A stretch of 64,000 nt of DNA, taken from contig OZ286460.1 of the NCBI GenBank assembly GCA_965644265.1, positions 52,948,001 to 53,012,000 of the forward strand, read 5' to 3'. The position numbers and the translations under genes are program-made. Position 1 is the first letter of the stretch, and every line of letters begins with the position of its first letter. Below are positions 12,429-26,735 of this stretch, in pieces. The notes beneath the pieces were generated by a model that saw nothing but the letters and a program-made list of their open reading frames with translations, did not search any database and was not told the origin of the DNA. The DNA is from Glycera tridactyla (lineage: Eukaryota).

Positions 12429-15400
12429 TATATTTCAAACCTATTGATACTCACGCTTGATTTTAATTTGAAATGATAATACTTCAACAAGTTTATTTCG
12501 CAATTAGAAACTGGGTGCCTTTTTTCTCAAAAATGTCTCAATATGACCTCTATCACTATCCAACCATCTTCAAATAAGGACCAAGACTTATTGATAGAAT
12601 CAAAATAGTTGATATGAGTATGATATTTAGTGAGTGAAAAGTGCTCAATATTGTGAGCCATGGTAGCTTTCATCCTCTCAAAGTTCGTCTTGATCAGTAC
12701 TGGATAATGCAAGTAGTTTTCACAACATTTACTATCATTGATTGGTGGTGGATGCCATTTCATGTGTTTTTATTTGATATAACAGCTTAGTACATACATG
12801 TGTACTGCACATTATGATGAAGTGCCATAACCAAACAGTGGAACATTTATTGCCCTGACAAAGTTTGATGGATCACAAACATTTAACCCCCACATGGACC
12901 ATGTATGGATCTCAATGAATGGATCTCATCCCCACGTGTGTACTACACCACTGGATTATACACCAATGACATGGCATCNNNNNNNNNNNNNNNNNNNNNN
13001 NNNNNNNNNNNNNNNNNNNNNNNNNNNNNNNNNNNNNNNNNNNNNNNNNNNNNNNNNNNNNNNNNNNNNNNNNNNNNNNNNNNNNNNNNNNNNNNNNNNN
13101 NNNNNNNNNNNNNATTTCAAAAGACAGGACATGATGATCGTACAGTTCATCCCAGATTCCTCCTCTGAATCTATATCCAAAGGAATTAACAGCTGGTTTA
13201 TTTCCTGAAACATATTCTCAAATGTCTCCCTTCTGAAATTTTTCAACGGATTGCAAATTATCACCATAGTTTATGTGATTTCCATATTCTGGGGGGAAAT
13301 TGGTAAAACTGCGAGTTTGTCACATGTCTAGAAAATGTTGATTTATTAGAAGGGGGGATGGTTACTAGCACATACATATACACAGTCAATGAAAGTCATC
13401 CCAGCTGATGCCAGACCCTTGATTGTCAACAAACATGGAATCTATTCAAGCCAGAACCAATAGCAAACAGCATCCACACCAGGTGAACCTCCCGATTAGA
13501 GCCCACCAGAGTTTTTTTTCACAAACCCGAGCTTATGAAATTAATAATAGAGCAGAACAGACTGTTGCTATAGTGACTAAGTCCATCGGTTAGCTGCACC
13601 TTGTCATCAGGTCGGTGTACATGATCCAGGGGGATCTCCAGACACTTGTAGAGTTCCGCTCAACCCCGCCAATAACACTAAGGTCCTATCTATTGAGGGG
13701 ATATAGGTGTATGCATGAATGCCTTCATATTGAAACACAAATGAATGCATATATACCCTCGGTNNNNNNNNNNNNNNNNNNNNNNNNNNNNNNNNNNNNN
13801 NNNNNNNNNNNNNNNNNNNNNNNNNNNNNNNNNNNNNNNNNNNNNNNNNNNNNNNNNNNNNNNNNNNNNNNNNNNNNNNNNNNNNNNNNNNNNNNNNNNN
13901 NNNNNNNNNNNNNNNNNNNNNNNNNNNNNNNNNNNNNNNNNGTGTCTGTATCTGTGTGTACACACTGTAACCTACTGAAACATCAAATTCCACTTCTGCT
14001 ATTTCTGCTATGAAACCATACAGAGCAAATTTCAGCACACATAGCTCATGGCTGACCAGTGAGCCAGACCTAATGTGGACAGAATCTGCATGGTTAGAGA
14101 TGCTGGCTAGAGGCAAAACAGATGCAACTTCTAGTCCTTCTACATGCAGGGCGAGAAGACATCCTGAAAATCCACCTGCCCCCCTGGAAAATCCACCTGC
14201 CCTGCTTATATATGCAAGTCATTTATGTGGGCGGCTATCTCTTCTCGCCCTGTACATATACAATGTTCTACTATATATCAGGTTGAGATGCTGGATCCAG
14301 CATGTACATGCAATGATATTTGCACATCAGTTACCCTTGGAGGAGACCCTGCTGAATAAACATGAAAGTGATGATAGCCCTGGCAAGTGGCTTACTGTCA
14401 CAACCAGCTGGTAAGGCCAATGGGAAGCTTATGCCTAGCTTCATTCTCAACCCCGTCCTTTCTTCAGACAGGGACTTCAGAGAATGTACTAAAGGACAGG
14501 AAACTGAACTAAGGCAGGACCAAAAGCCATCAGAGAGATGGGGGAAGGGCCTGCTAGTGACAGGGAGCGTAGACGGTGGTGCTGTGGAAGCCAAGAAGCC
14601 ATTTCCTGCAGGATGTGGCACTAGTTCTGCAAGCAGCAGTCGGTACACAATAGAGCAGAAATAACAAACACCTTCATTATATGAATCATGAATGCAGAGC
14701 AGCTAACCCCTTTCCCCCCACTCCCAACACCATTACCATCACCCTTAGGGTCTCACACCCACACCAAACCCAACACCCCCCATGCTGTGAACCCCCTATG
14801 GAGCAAGCAACAGGTCGTACAATGCATCTGTATTCACTTTGCTTTGTTACTTGCTCTGTGGGGCATCCATGGCACAAGCCAGGGCCAGCTGATACATGGG
14901 GCTTTTGTACTGGCCAGTGGCCCTGATTTCCTGCTCATTAGGAGAGGTGGAAAGAAGTGTGCGTCTCACACCTTGGCAAACAATGCCTGCCCATACAAAT
15001 GTTATGACATCTTCAAGAGCATCAGAGCAGCAGGACAACACCACATATTTCCGTGAAGTGAATCAAGTCAATGCCAAACACTATTCATTATCTTCATAAT
15101 TTCCTCATGCTCTAAGCTCTATGCTTCATCACTGACTGCATGAGAATGAGAGATAAAAGACAGCATTACTGCTATTATTGCAGGGTTGAATAATACTCAG
15201 GACTATGATCAGGCCAAGAAAATCTGTACTGCAGCTGCAGAAGAACTGAAACAAATATGGGTATCTTAATTCAATCCAACTATTACTAAGAAATCCTGTT
15301 TGTTTGTTTGTTTGTTTGTTTGAGGTTTAACAGTATGTATCAATCCAGAGAATTATGTGTTCTATGTGTTACTGGTCAATGAAGGCTATAGATATCTGTC

Positions 15401-18400
15401 CCCTGCAGGCATCACTTACACAAACCCTGAACACAAGATGATGGGAATCTGAAAGGTTGTCAATGTGTATGCATGTATAGCTTGAGGATATGTCATCAGG
15501 TCATTTCGGGATGTAGACCAATGGGAGAAATAGGAATGGAAAGCTCGTAATCATGATGCTGAATCAATCTTGTGAGTTAATTCCAGTCCACATTCTTGTA
15601 AGACTACAAATGACAAACTGTTAGCCAAGCCACAACAATGACAACCTGAGCTTATATAGGAGAACCTGGTCATTTGGCCTGAGACCGTACATGCTACCCT
15701 GTTATTTTGCCCATCAGTGACCACTCATGCAGTCGTAAAGACCTGATATTAGAATACCTTATACAACTACACTGATTGCCTCCACCTAATAATGCCGACA
15801 CACACCAAGATGACCCTCCCAGCCAACATCCATCATTCAGGGCTGCATTCTGTCCTAAGAAATCCCCAGGTCACCATAGCATTCTATTCACCCTACCCTA
15901 AAAAAATGCAGATGACCTGATCTAGCGGGCTGTTCTGCAAACTTTAACCATATGTTTTTTCCTATAATAGACAATAAGTAAATAGTTCTTGAATCTATTT
16001 CCAGAATTTCAACCCAAAATGGAGTGCACAATGTAGTGTTCACAAAGCAGTATTCAAATAGAAGCAAATATTCATGATCCATATGAGGAGGGGGGTGGGG
16101 CAGAATCCTGCTTTTGCAGAAAGCTGCTCAAGTGGATTTGGAGAATGAGAGCCTTCCAACAGAATCCCCGTGAAAAGCATCAAGGCGAGAGAGTCTGAGA
16201 GTTAACGGTGGCCAACAATAAGGCGGGCAATAACGGTGAAACTCTATATGCTGCATCATATTTTGGATCAATAACAGTGGAGAAATCTATATAATTGTCC
16301 ACTTTTGAGACGACCTGTTCACATCCATCTCATCCATATCTGTCAGCTCGGATATGTCTCCCAACAAAAGCATAATTACAACATCAGCAACTACAAGTGT
16401 AATCCGAGTGGCCAGCTTGCTTAGAAGCCGATCGTTAGATGGAGACGATGACGATTTCCAATGGTTCTCCAAGGATGCGGCCCAAAGATTTCAAAGCCGT
16501 TCATGACCACATTCAATCTAGTTCTACGCAATCAAATCTCAGGATTTCTTTCAAACCTTTTATCCTTTCTCCCTAAAGCATCTTTTCAATAGAATTAAAA
16601 AGTGGCAACCTTGCCAAAAGTCGCTAGATGGCATTATATTTAACAATAATCCTATAACGCTTTCTCTCTTGGGAAAATCTCAGGTCATACGAACTGAAAT
16701 GGACTTTCTTGCATATCGTGTGATAGTCATTCAGAAGCTCAATATTGGAGTGTCTATGCCAGATTGCACAATTTTCAGACCTGATTTTTCAAATTTCAAA
16801 TATTGTCTGAGAAGAGACATCAGTGTAGTGTGAGGATCATCATACTGAAGGAGAACAAGTTAATGTTTTTCACTCTGAGCTCTTTATGGCAACCTCGGCT
16901 TTAAGGGTCGACTAGTTTTAGACATGATGCAGGTCTCTGTAATCCACCTAAATGTAGCTCAATGACTTTATATCCAAACTGCATTTCAACCAGCCAACTT
17001 ATTTGCATTGCAACATAATAATCTGCTTTTGAAGAGAACCCCTCCAATATCTATCACATTTTCCAACTTGGAACTTTTTCTTCAATTTCATTTCTCAAAT
17101 CAGGATTCACCAACAATCATATGAGGGATATCAAGGATAAACTGCACATGATAACAGAAAGTTTGCAGTGTCAATCCAGTAAAATCCCATCTTGAACAAT
17201 TCCTCAAAATGAGTGAAAAGACAAAATATCTTGAGCCTCTCTTGCATATTAGAGATATCGGAAATTTAAGTCAAATGGGAATCACAGCTGACATCATAAA
17301 AATATGAGATAGCCTCTCTTCCTCATATATCAGGCTGGCACATTTGCATGATCAGTCCATTTATTGAGTTCAGAATAACTGAAAGTAAAAATGCGTACCA
17401 CTGAACATTGAAACCTGAACCACTGCAGCTGGAAATTCTGATATAGGCGGATACATATTTTCCCGAGTATCTTGGTGCATCGAGTGTGAGATTTCCATTC
17501 TAAATTTATTTCGTCTCCTTCGTTAGATTTCTTTGGGCTAAAAACAGAAAGCTCCATTAGAATGAGTCACTAAGTTCATGACCGATAAAAGTTGGTGATG
17601 TTTGTGTGAAGGTAACTCCGCTGGGATTCAACAACATCATCACTGATCAGAGTTCGATACTTTGAGCAAGTTGATGAAATTCTCTACGGACAAGATGGAA
17701 GGCGATCAAATGTGTACCTGAACAGAATAAAACTGATGCGTACAAGCACTCTCTATCACCGTTTCAACACATTTATGAATTAAGTGAATGAACGACTGCC
17801 ACAGACACCTGTCACTTGAAAGTTTCGCCTTCCCACACAGTCGGGTATTCTAATGTTGAATCTCTGCCCTCTATTAATCAACTTCACACATTGATGAAAT
17901 GAATACAGAAAAGCACTTCTAACTATAATTAGCCAAACATGGAAACCCTGGAAAAACCCTAGCAAGGGTTAAAACCAAACTGAAAGCCGGTGATCATTTC
18001 ATGACCACTGAACAAGAGGTGTTCACCCAAGCCCTGGGTCAACCCCAAGTGGCTGTTCAGGATACCAACCAAATCAACCCTCAACTGACCAAATTGTATT
18101 CTATACTGAATTCTTCAGCCCATGATTTCAAAGCTCGCCATTCGTCAATATTACCATGATAGATCTGAATTTGTAGTGAGTAGAGTCACTCAGAATGAAA
18201 ATCAAATTCCTACATAATCTGTAAACATTTCTAGCATTTCGTGCAGCCTAATGAGTGAGGGAATTCTTTTTGAGAAATTTTCAACCTCCCAACTGTCTTT
18301 GCCAATTCAAATGGATTGAGATAACGGGGTGTTTAGGTTAAGGAACTGCCATGACCCGGATAAATAACATGATCCTGGTGGGGGGTTCATATCTAGACTG

Positions 18401-21400
18401 AAATGAATACAGCAGGCACAACGTGCTGAATAGTGCCCAGTTTGGGAATTGCGCTTTTGGTATGCGAGGACATCATCATCATAGCCAAGTGACATCAGCT
18501 CGGGGCAGAGCTACTGCTGCGCCCGGTGAGTGGAGTGGTTCAGGTTGGCTGCAGATCGTGGGGGTGTAACCCCCTCCAGGTATGCTGTGCTATAGAAGAT
18601 CGACAATACAACCAATGTAACCGATACCCAGATTGCTATGCAGTTACCAGCCCCTTCTCTCTCCTCCTCCTTCCACTGAATGCCATCAAAGATGCACCCC
18701 CTCCCTCCCTCCCCATGGGAAAAGCAGATGGCCAGGTTTGCTATATTCCTCCACACATTCTCATGAAATCTCCTGATTTTGAGTAGACTCTCATGACTGA
18801 AATTCTATGAATAATGGGATCATGTGATAATTGGTGATGACTCATGAATAATCAAATGAAATGCAACAGGACAAGGAAGAATACATTTGTATTCTCTATA
18901 GTCCATGCACTTAATAAATGAGATGAATGCTCCGGCTGAAGTAGCACTTGGCAGGAATAACCCAACTTTGTGCCCTGTGTAAAAAGGTACATGAATTTGG
19001 AAATGGGCACATACAGTCATACATGAAGGGCACATGTATGCATACAGTTATATGCGATGCATGAATGTGCCAAAAAGGCACAATACGTACAATGTTCAAT
19101 ACATGCATGCGACTAGAAAATCACCATAACCAAGGTGGTCCTTGAGAATTTATTTGCATTTGCTGGTTATTGTCCCTCGGATATGACCCTGCTAAGCCAG
19201 CACCAGGCTGAATTATGATGAAACATGGGTAGACCAATTTATTCTTCTCTATTCTATTCTATCATATCTTTTGAGTCCTATATCAATGGATGATTTTGAA
19301 GGATGTGAGAATGCAGCTGGGATGCGGATGCTGATAATAGGTTGACAGCTGATGATGCTACAGGGTTGTCAACCCACCACCAGCTCTATTACCACAATAT
19401 TCGATAGGGCAGCCTTTGATAACGCCTCTCACCTTCAAAACTGTGGTTGAAAACACCAGATAATTCCGCTCTCTTTTGCAGCCATGCATTGCAAGTGTTT
19501 CGAAAAGAAAGTCATTAAGACGGTCATTAGAGCTCCCATTCAGCGAAACACGACTGCTGCGTTTGTGCCCTCGAGGTCTTGGCAAAGGTCAAGAGAAGTG
19601 ACCTCTGCACAATCCGGGCAGCATTTACCACAATGTGGGACCAGCGAGAATTGTATCCCAAATGCTACATTGAAACCACAGCCCAGTTTTCTGTAGAATC
19701 GGCTATGATGGTATCGATTTAGACCCTGCAGGTGGCGTGGAACAATGCAATGGATATACAGGTGCATTTTTCATGCTGAACCAAAGATTTTCAATGCAAT
19801 CCTATGCCCCTATTCTTTGTGTGTGCCGTGATTTGTATTTAAAATGACAGAAAATGCCAGAAAATTCTCCATGACTGATCTCTGATGAAAGTTTATCCTG
19901 GTTCCCATCCTCTGAGCTAGGAGTTGTATGCACTACCATATAGGCAGGAATATTTCATGATTATCTCATATTTCAAGCCAACTGAGGTAGCCCAAATATG
20001 AAATACCACGAAATATCCTACATAATCAATAACATGTGCTACCCACTTTCAGATGTAAATTTCCTTGTTCAATTTGCATTTTCTACACTTTTGGCAACAA
20101 TAGTTTTAGAAGAACACAAAAGCCATGAATTGCAGCTAATGTATCCAGCTGAGAGTGAGTACAGGAGAAGTTAAGCCTCCCAATACAGTGTGCATCACAT
20201 GGCCACCTGAAGTGTTTTCTTGTGCGATGATGCAGCAAAAAGCACCTGTGTCATTGATGTTGAAGTGTTTTCATTACATCATGCACCAACTCCTCCTACT
20301 TGCAGCCGGATTGTGTTACCACAAACTTGCCGACAGCTTTATATCATCCAACATGTTCGGGATTCTCCATCATCTGCAAGAGCAGGTGAAACCTCTGAAT
20401 CCAAGCTTCATCAAATGCCCAGGCAAATATATAGTGTCAATACCATGATGGCCAGGACTCATATTCATGCAACAATCCACATGATTGGTCAATCGTTGGA
20501 ACTCAATACAAAATAGGAGTGACCTGCCGAAACACATTTGGTTTTGAAATGATTTCAAACCCCATACATCAACTTAGTTCAATTTTCTCTACCAGCTCAT
20601 GACTGAGTGTATGACTCAAAGATACAAGGTACAAGAGATATTTTGAGAGTACAGACGGTAAAACGCCCGCAATGATCATCAATCAATGTCACTTCATTTT
20701 CTTGACATTTTAGTATTTTTAGCAATTAAATGTTGGAAGTGGCTGCCAAGCTAGCATTTTATGTAATTACAGTATGTTATTACTAAGCCAGCATGCCCTG
20801 GATAATTGTTTTTTAAAAATTGCAACTTCCCAGTATACAATGTCAGGATGGAATCATAAAAAGAACTATGTCTCTTTGAATTTGAATGTGGTAAGGAAGG
20901 AGGGGGTTACTTCAGCGTATAGCTGACTGGTTGTAAACAATATCGTTTTATATTACTTTGTAACCAAATCCGACTTGGCCGAATCTAATGGGAGGCATGA
21001 ACAGGAGCTATTCTTCAACCTGCATTACATCCAGCCCACGTTTTTGTGATCGTTTGAAAGAGGACGATGATGTCTGATGTCGATGATGTCTGATGTCGAT
21101 GTCAGCCCAGAGAGCTGCCAGCACCTACAGCCCGACATACCTGGTTCAACAGGAAGTCAAGCGACATTCTAGTGGCTGATTTCATTCAGGCCCAACCACC
21201 ATAATCACCTGCACATATGCCACCAGACCTGGAAAAATGTTGCAATTTGACTTTAACCCCCTCCCCTTACAACTGCATCAAAAACTCCACGAATTGCTTC
21301 ATCGTCTGTTTGAATCCCCCAATGTAAAATCCTAATAAGGCAACAGGGGAAGTCTCAACAATATGAAACAATGTAGTATTCACCTTACAACTCCTAAAGG

Positions 21401-21536
21401 TCCTAAAGATGCCAGGGCCAGTGGCAAGATTCCAAAAGGACAATGATGACTTCTTTCAGCGACTCAAAGCCATTATTAGACCCTACAGTATTTCATTTAA
21501 GATTTTGACAGTAGATGAGGGGAAAAGTTGCATTTG

Positions 21537-21590
21537 CAGTCTAACCTGCTCAAAAGACCACCTGCCTATAAGGGCCAGCTAAGTGGTAAC
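21537..21590. mobile_element. Solo left TIR of the CAGT/GACCAC MITE group
   Basis: CAGTCTAACCTGCTCAAAAGACCACCTGCCTATAAG. Confidence 0.45.
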
Positions 21591-22758
21591 CATGATATGT
21601 TTGACATTGAAAACCTCCAATCTGATAAAGGCTTTCGAGAGTATAATAGTTTGGTTAAAAAATTAATAGATGAGAAATAGCTAAGTGTCATCAGAAACAA
21701 GGTAGCCATCTAATACTGATATGGACAGAAGCAGTGGGTGAAATACATGAGAATGAGCTTGGAACATGTGAGAATGAGGAGTGGGAGGAGAACATTAATA
21801 GAGCGAGGAACACATGTCATGACCTTAATATATCTGCTGATGACCTTGCCTACACATCAATACAAGTTACAGTTTCCAAGCCAGTGAGATACATGAACAA
21901 AAGATCAACTAGGATAGCGGGAGACCAAGTGAGTATCCAATATCAATGGGACATTTGTGTTACCACTAACAAAGGATATTGAGGGTAAATGCTCGCTTTG
22001 AATTCCATTTGAATAGTGCGGTATTGATGTCAAAGTGTTTGTGAATATAATCGCCATTTCTAAGGTTATAATTAGTTGCCATCGAACATCCAGTGAACAT
22101 ATTACTGTGTTAGAATGGAACATATGTCGTACATGAATGAAAGAATGGGAATTTTTTATAACCCTGATGGGAGACACTTCAAATTCAACCATGCATACAC
22201 ACAAAACAGAACTACCTTATTGAACATTTCGCCCTAGAAAAACAGAATGACCAAAAATCCTGCATTAGTTCTGAAAGATTTTATTCTACCTACAAGATAC
22301 TGGCATTTTAGATGTTATTGCAGTATCAATTCGAGGACGAGTGGCTTGCGGCATACATACTGTTGGTGATGCATTTGTCTGCAATATATTCTATGCTCCA
22401 GCATGGTTGTACACATATTTACGTTAGTACTTTGCCACCTAATGTACAGCTAACTGTGTTTACCTTACAAAGAACATTAGATATCCCAAATAATACTAAG
22501 TGAATTTAATATTGTTGAATTCTCATGTCAATGGGATGAGCAGTACGGCATCAATTGGCATGTTTGCATCCCTAATGGTGTATTTGAGGAATGGTAAATC
22601 GTACAACAGTTTATCATATACATGAGAATCAATCTGGTAGCTTTAGATTTCAAATGTAACCAGTCTAGTAGATCGATGTTGCATTCAGGCATAGATGCAT
22701 AGATGCTACCATCTATGGTACAGGTCTCTCTTTCACTCTCATCCACTCTTTCTCTCTC

Positions 22759-22793
22759 ACACAGACACAGACACAGACACAGACACAGACACA

Positions 22794-22846
<53 letters not shown>
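22759..22846. repeat. Compound microsatellite (ACACAG)n-(AC)n
   Basis: Directly visible. Confidence 0.95.
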
Positions 22847-22848
<2 letters not shown>

Positions 22849-23906
22849 TCACTCACTCACTCACCCAATCACTCAATCACTTGATTGATCACACTTCCCC
22901 TCATGTAATCTATGCAATCTGACCTATTCCGAAGATTTGATAGTTTTCGTGAAGGAAACATACACAAAAATTTCAAGCTATCTACTTCTGTCCTCAGATC
23001 AATACTTGTCATGTAATTTTGTTTCATTTGCTCATAATGCCTAGCTCTTTACTCATAGAAACCCAGCAGTAAACTATAGAACTTTAATATGAATATAACA
23101 CCTCCAAGAATGATCTTGGTTTGTGTTGTACATTGGATTACATCAGATTTATAGTCAAGAAATTGTGCAGGATGCCCAAGTCTTATTGGACAAAATATGC
23201 TCCGAAAGACACTCATTGATAGAATAAATCCGAAATTGAGTTGAGGTCGACACATTCAGCATTCCAGGAATGAATCACTCAAGTTGCTACAGTAGGTCAA
23301 CACAAGGAAGGAAAGGTTACTAGGAGTACAGATGATATCTGTGTTTGCACTACCCGAGGGTCACCTGTTCCAAGTTTATCTATCGATGTCCGTAGCCGGG
23401 GATGAGTGACAGTTGGCTGAGAAGAGTAGTCGCCTTCTGTGCCTTCTGTGCGGGAAGGAGCTCATTTCACCCGAGTGATTTTTATGGCAGGCCTACATTG
23501 TACACCTCTTCATTATTACCAATTAAAATAATGACTTAATGATGGCCGGGTGGAGAGCAAGACAGCCATAAAGTGCTACCTGTTCCCTCCTATTGCTCAC
23601 TTGAAGCCACTACAAGCACCTCAGATTCCAACACAGACAAGTGCCTGACACTATGACTTAACTGACAGTCCATCAAGGCAGAGATTTTGAAGGCTGATGC
23701 TTCTCTCCCTGTCAAATGTTGACAAGGATGTAAACTATGGCCAAAAAACTGAANNNNNNNNNNNNNNNNNNNNNNNNNNNNNNNNNNNNNNNNNNNNNNN
23801 NNNNNNNNNNNNNNNNNNNNNNNNNNNNNNNNNNNNNNNNNNNNNNNNNNNNNNNNNNNNNNNNNNNNNNNNNNNNNNNNNNNNNNNNNNNNCCAACCAC
23901 CCACCC

Positions 23907-24766
23907 ACACACATTTTTTTAGTGATAGAAATCATGTCAGAGACATATTTCCAGATTGTACTGGCAACAGGTCCATGAAATGTGTTCCAAATGCCCAAAT
24001 TATTTTTTGGCTTGTATGGGATTTGAACCATCAACCTTCCAGTTTGGCACCCTCGCCAGCAACAAACTGCCAACGCTCTTGTCCTCTGCCCCACGGCCGA
24101 TCCACTAAAATGGATCTGCAATGGAGGCAGTTAAGCCAGAGCGCTGGCAGTGTGTTTCCCCCAGAGGTCAATGTATCACGAAACCTGGCACTCACATTCA
24201 CACACATTTTTTTAGTGATAGAAATCATGTCAGAGACATATTTCCAGATTGTACTGGCAACAGGTCCATGAAATGTGTTCCAAATGCCCAAATTATTTTT
24301 TGGCTTGTATGGGATTTGAACCATCAACCTTCCAGTTTGGCACCCTCGCCAGCAACAAACTGCCAACGCTCTTGTCCTCTGCCCCACGGCCGATCCACTA
24401 AAAATGGATCTGCAATGGAGGCAGTTAAGCCAGAACGCTGGCAGTGTGTTACCCCCAGAGGTCAATGTATCACGAAACCTGGCACTCACATTCACACACA
24501 TTTTTTTAGTGATAGAAATCATGTCAGAGACATATTTCCAGATTGTACTGGCAACAGGTCCATGAAATGTGTTCCAAATGCCCAAATTATTTTTTGGCTT
24601 GTATGGGATTTGAACCATCAACCTTCCAGTTTGGCACCCTCGCCAGCAACAAACTGCCAACTCTCTTGTCCTCTGCCCCACGGCCGATCCACTAAAAATG
24701 GATCTGCAATGGAGGCAGTTAAGCCAGAGCGCTGGCAGTGTGTTACCCCCAGAGGTCAATGTATCA
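23907..24766 (-). repeat. Tandem array, about 2.9 copies of a 293-294 bp unit with a tRNA-derived SINE-like head
   Basis: The anchor agtgatagaaatc recurs at 23921, 24214 and 24508, and copies are nearly identical. The minus strand of each unit has an A-box-like GTGGGGCAGAGG and a B-box-like GGTTCAAATCCC. N-gaps lie on both sides. Confidence 0.9.
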
Positions 24767-26434
24767 NNNNNNNNNNNNNNNNNNNNNNNNNNNNNNNNNN
24801 NNNNNNNNNNNNNNNNNNNNNNNNNNNNNNNNNNNNNNNNNNNNNNNNNNNNNNNNNNNNNNNNNNNNNNNNNNNNNNNNNNNNNNNNNNNNNNNNNNNN
24901 NNNNAAATATTGTGGATCAGTCAAGTTAAATCTATGACCAGTAATCAGCTACTATCATCAACAAAATGTTCATTGATGATGCTAATTTTCATGAGCATTG
25001 ATGCCTGTATTTCCATTGATGCACAAAAGACAGTGTCTGTGGTTGGTATGAAACATCATTTGCCCCAATTCCAACCTAAAAAATTTACTTGAAAATTTCA
25101 ATACTATGTGCCTATGTAAATAGTGAGCTTGCCTTCGTGAGGGTTAAATGGCGGTACTTGGCTGGGAGACAGTTGATGAGTCTGAATCGGGGATGGATGG
25201 GGCACATGTGGTGTGCCTCCCCGTAAGATGATAATCAGTTGGAGGTAATGATGGATGGTAATGATGAGAGGTAATGATCAGTATGACACCATCAGGATGT
25301 ATCCTAGACACCTATCTCTACTGCCCGTTGGTCATCAACTATAGCTGCCCCCTCGCCCTCGTCTAAACCAACCCCAATACCACAACCCCATTTACCCCAG
25401 TCCACCTTTCCTAATGTTCCTAGCAGCATAATAGATTCTAGGGGCTGAGACCCTCCTGTTGCAAATGGCACTTTGTTTGGGATGGTAATAGCTGGCTATA
25501 ATATCACACCTCCAATAAAGTTGACCAGAGAGCATCAGCAATGTTGACCCAACAGCTTTTCAACCCTTTGGCCGGGAGATCAATTTTCCCACCTCTCTAC
25601 TCAAAACTGGCTGATTAATTCTGACACTAAGCACCTCCTAATATCAGGAAGACTGTTTGATTGCTAGCAACCTAACTGACAGGAAATTAAAAATTATTCA
25701 GCTATCCACTGGGCACTGATCTTACTCAATGCCACTCCTTACACAAGAGATATTTGTACAATTTATGAGTGCCTTTTTCCACAGCAATTGATCATTATTC
25801 AAAATTCTTGATTCCTCAACCATCAACCTCTGCTTTGGTTTGAAAAAGGCCCTGACCTATCCAGACCAGGTCAAATACTTCAGTATAATTCGGCGTTTTT
25901 TCCCCTGCTCAGTGGGCTAATTAGAAATGGTCAAGACTTTAAAAAAAATGAAATGGACAGATGAGATCTTGAATAGGGCAGGTTGATAAAAAATCTACCA
26001 GCCCTTAAAACATGAATCCCCTGTTTTCATTCATCCAAAAATGACAACCTTCATTTTCCCAAAATTTGCTCATAGGACAGGCAACATTGATGTATGAAGA
26101 AAGATGTGTATAAAAAAATACATCATCAGCTCACTGTATACTTATACAATTGAAGAGCTGGAAACAACTCATCAAAAGTTTTTAGCAATTCAGCAATATT
26201 AGAGTTGAGTGACTGAATATTCATAAGCACATTTTTGCTGTTAATGGGTTAACTGGACACCTTATCTATGCAAACGGGATGATGGACATCATTACTATGC
26301 CATAAAATTACAAATTGCTTTTTCAACCACTTAACCTACATAGGCAAGGCTGTCCTGCCCCCATCTAGCTTTCTTCTATGGGTGCTTCGTGGTCTGCCTA
26401 GGCAGCCCCAAAATTTGAATTCAGAGAAGAATTA

Positions 26435-26735
26435 CAGTGAAACCTGTAACAATAGACCACTGATGCAAGACCAATCTCTGAAATAAGACAATGGTTATGT
26501 GGCCGATTATCCACATGATATGACCAAATGAGAGTCCACTATTTTCTATCTTTTGCATAGTGATTACATTTAGAATAGTGTTTCATTGCAGTTCCACTTG
26601 AGCCTTGGTACTGTTCTGACAGCTCTCATAGGGAATTATTTGCCTGCTTAGACCCAGCAGAAGATAGCTTTCTCACAAGAATTATAAAGAGGGAAGTGGT
26701 CTCTCATTCAGAGGTCTCTTGTTGCAGGTCCCACC
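26435..26735. mobile_element. Diverged MITE of the same group
   Basis: Left arm TA|CAGTGAAACCTGTAACAATAGACCAC is roughly complementary to the right arm GTGGTCTCTC...GGTCTCTTGTTGCAGGT. Confidence 0.5.

Noticed and set aside
18511-18600. cag|HTWRGLHPHD as exon 7
   Set aside because: There is a stop after 14 codons, and no GTPGP or DNSSE motifs.
14331-20560. Short ORFs (for example 14362-14664, 19540-19767, YFEQVDEILYG near 17660) as genes or TE proteins
   Set aside because: They have no splice structure or convincing domain. They are probably decayed repeats, but this cannot be supported from sequence alone.
21000-21200. Minus-strand KRSQKRG as the Meis pre-homeodomain exon
   Set aside because: It continues LDVMQVEE* instead of IFPKxATN, so it is a chance match.
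24031-25092. Long ORFs of 297 and 323 aa
   Set aside because: They arise from the 294-bp (multiple of three) tandem unit and run through N-gaps, with no protein-like motif.
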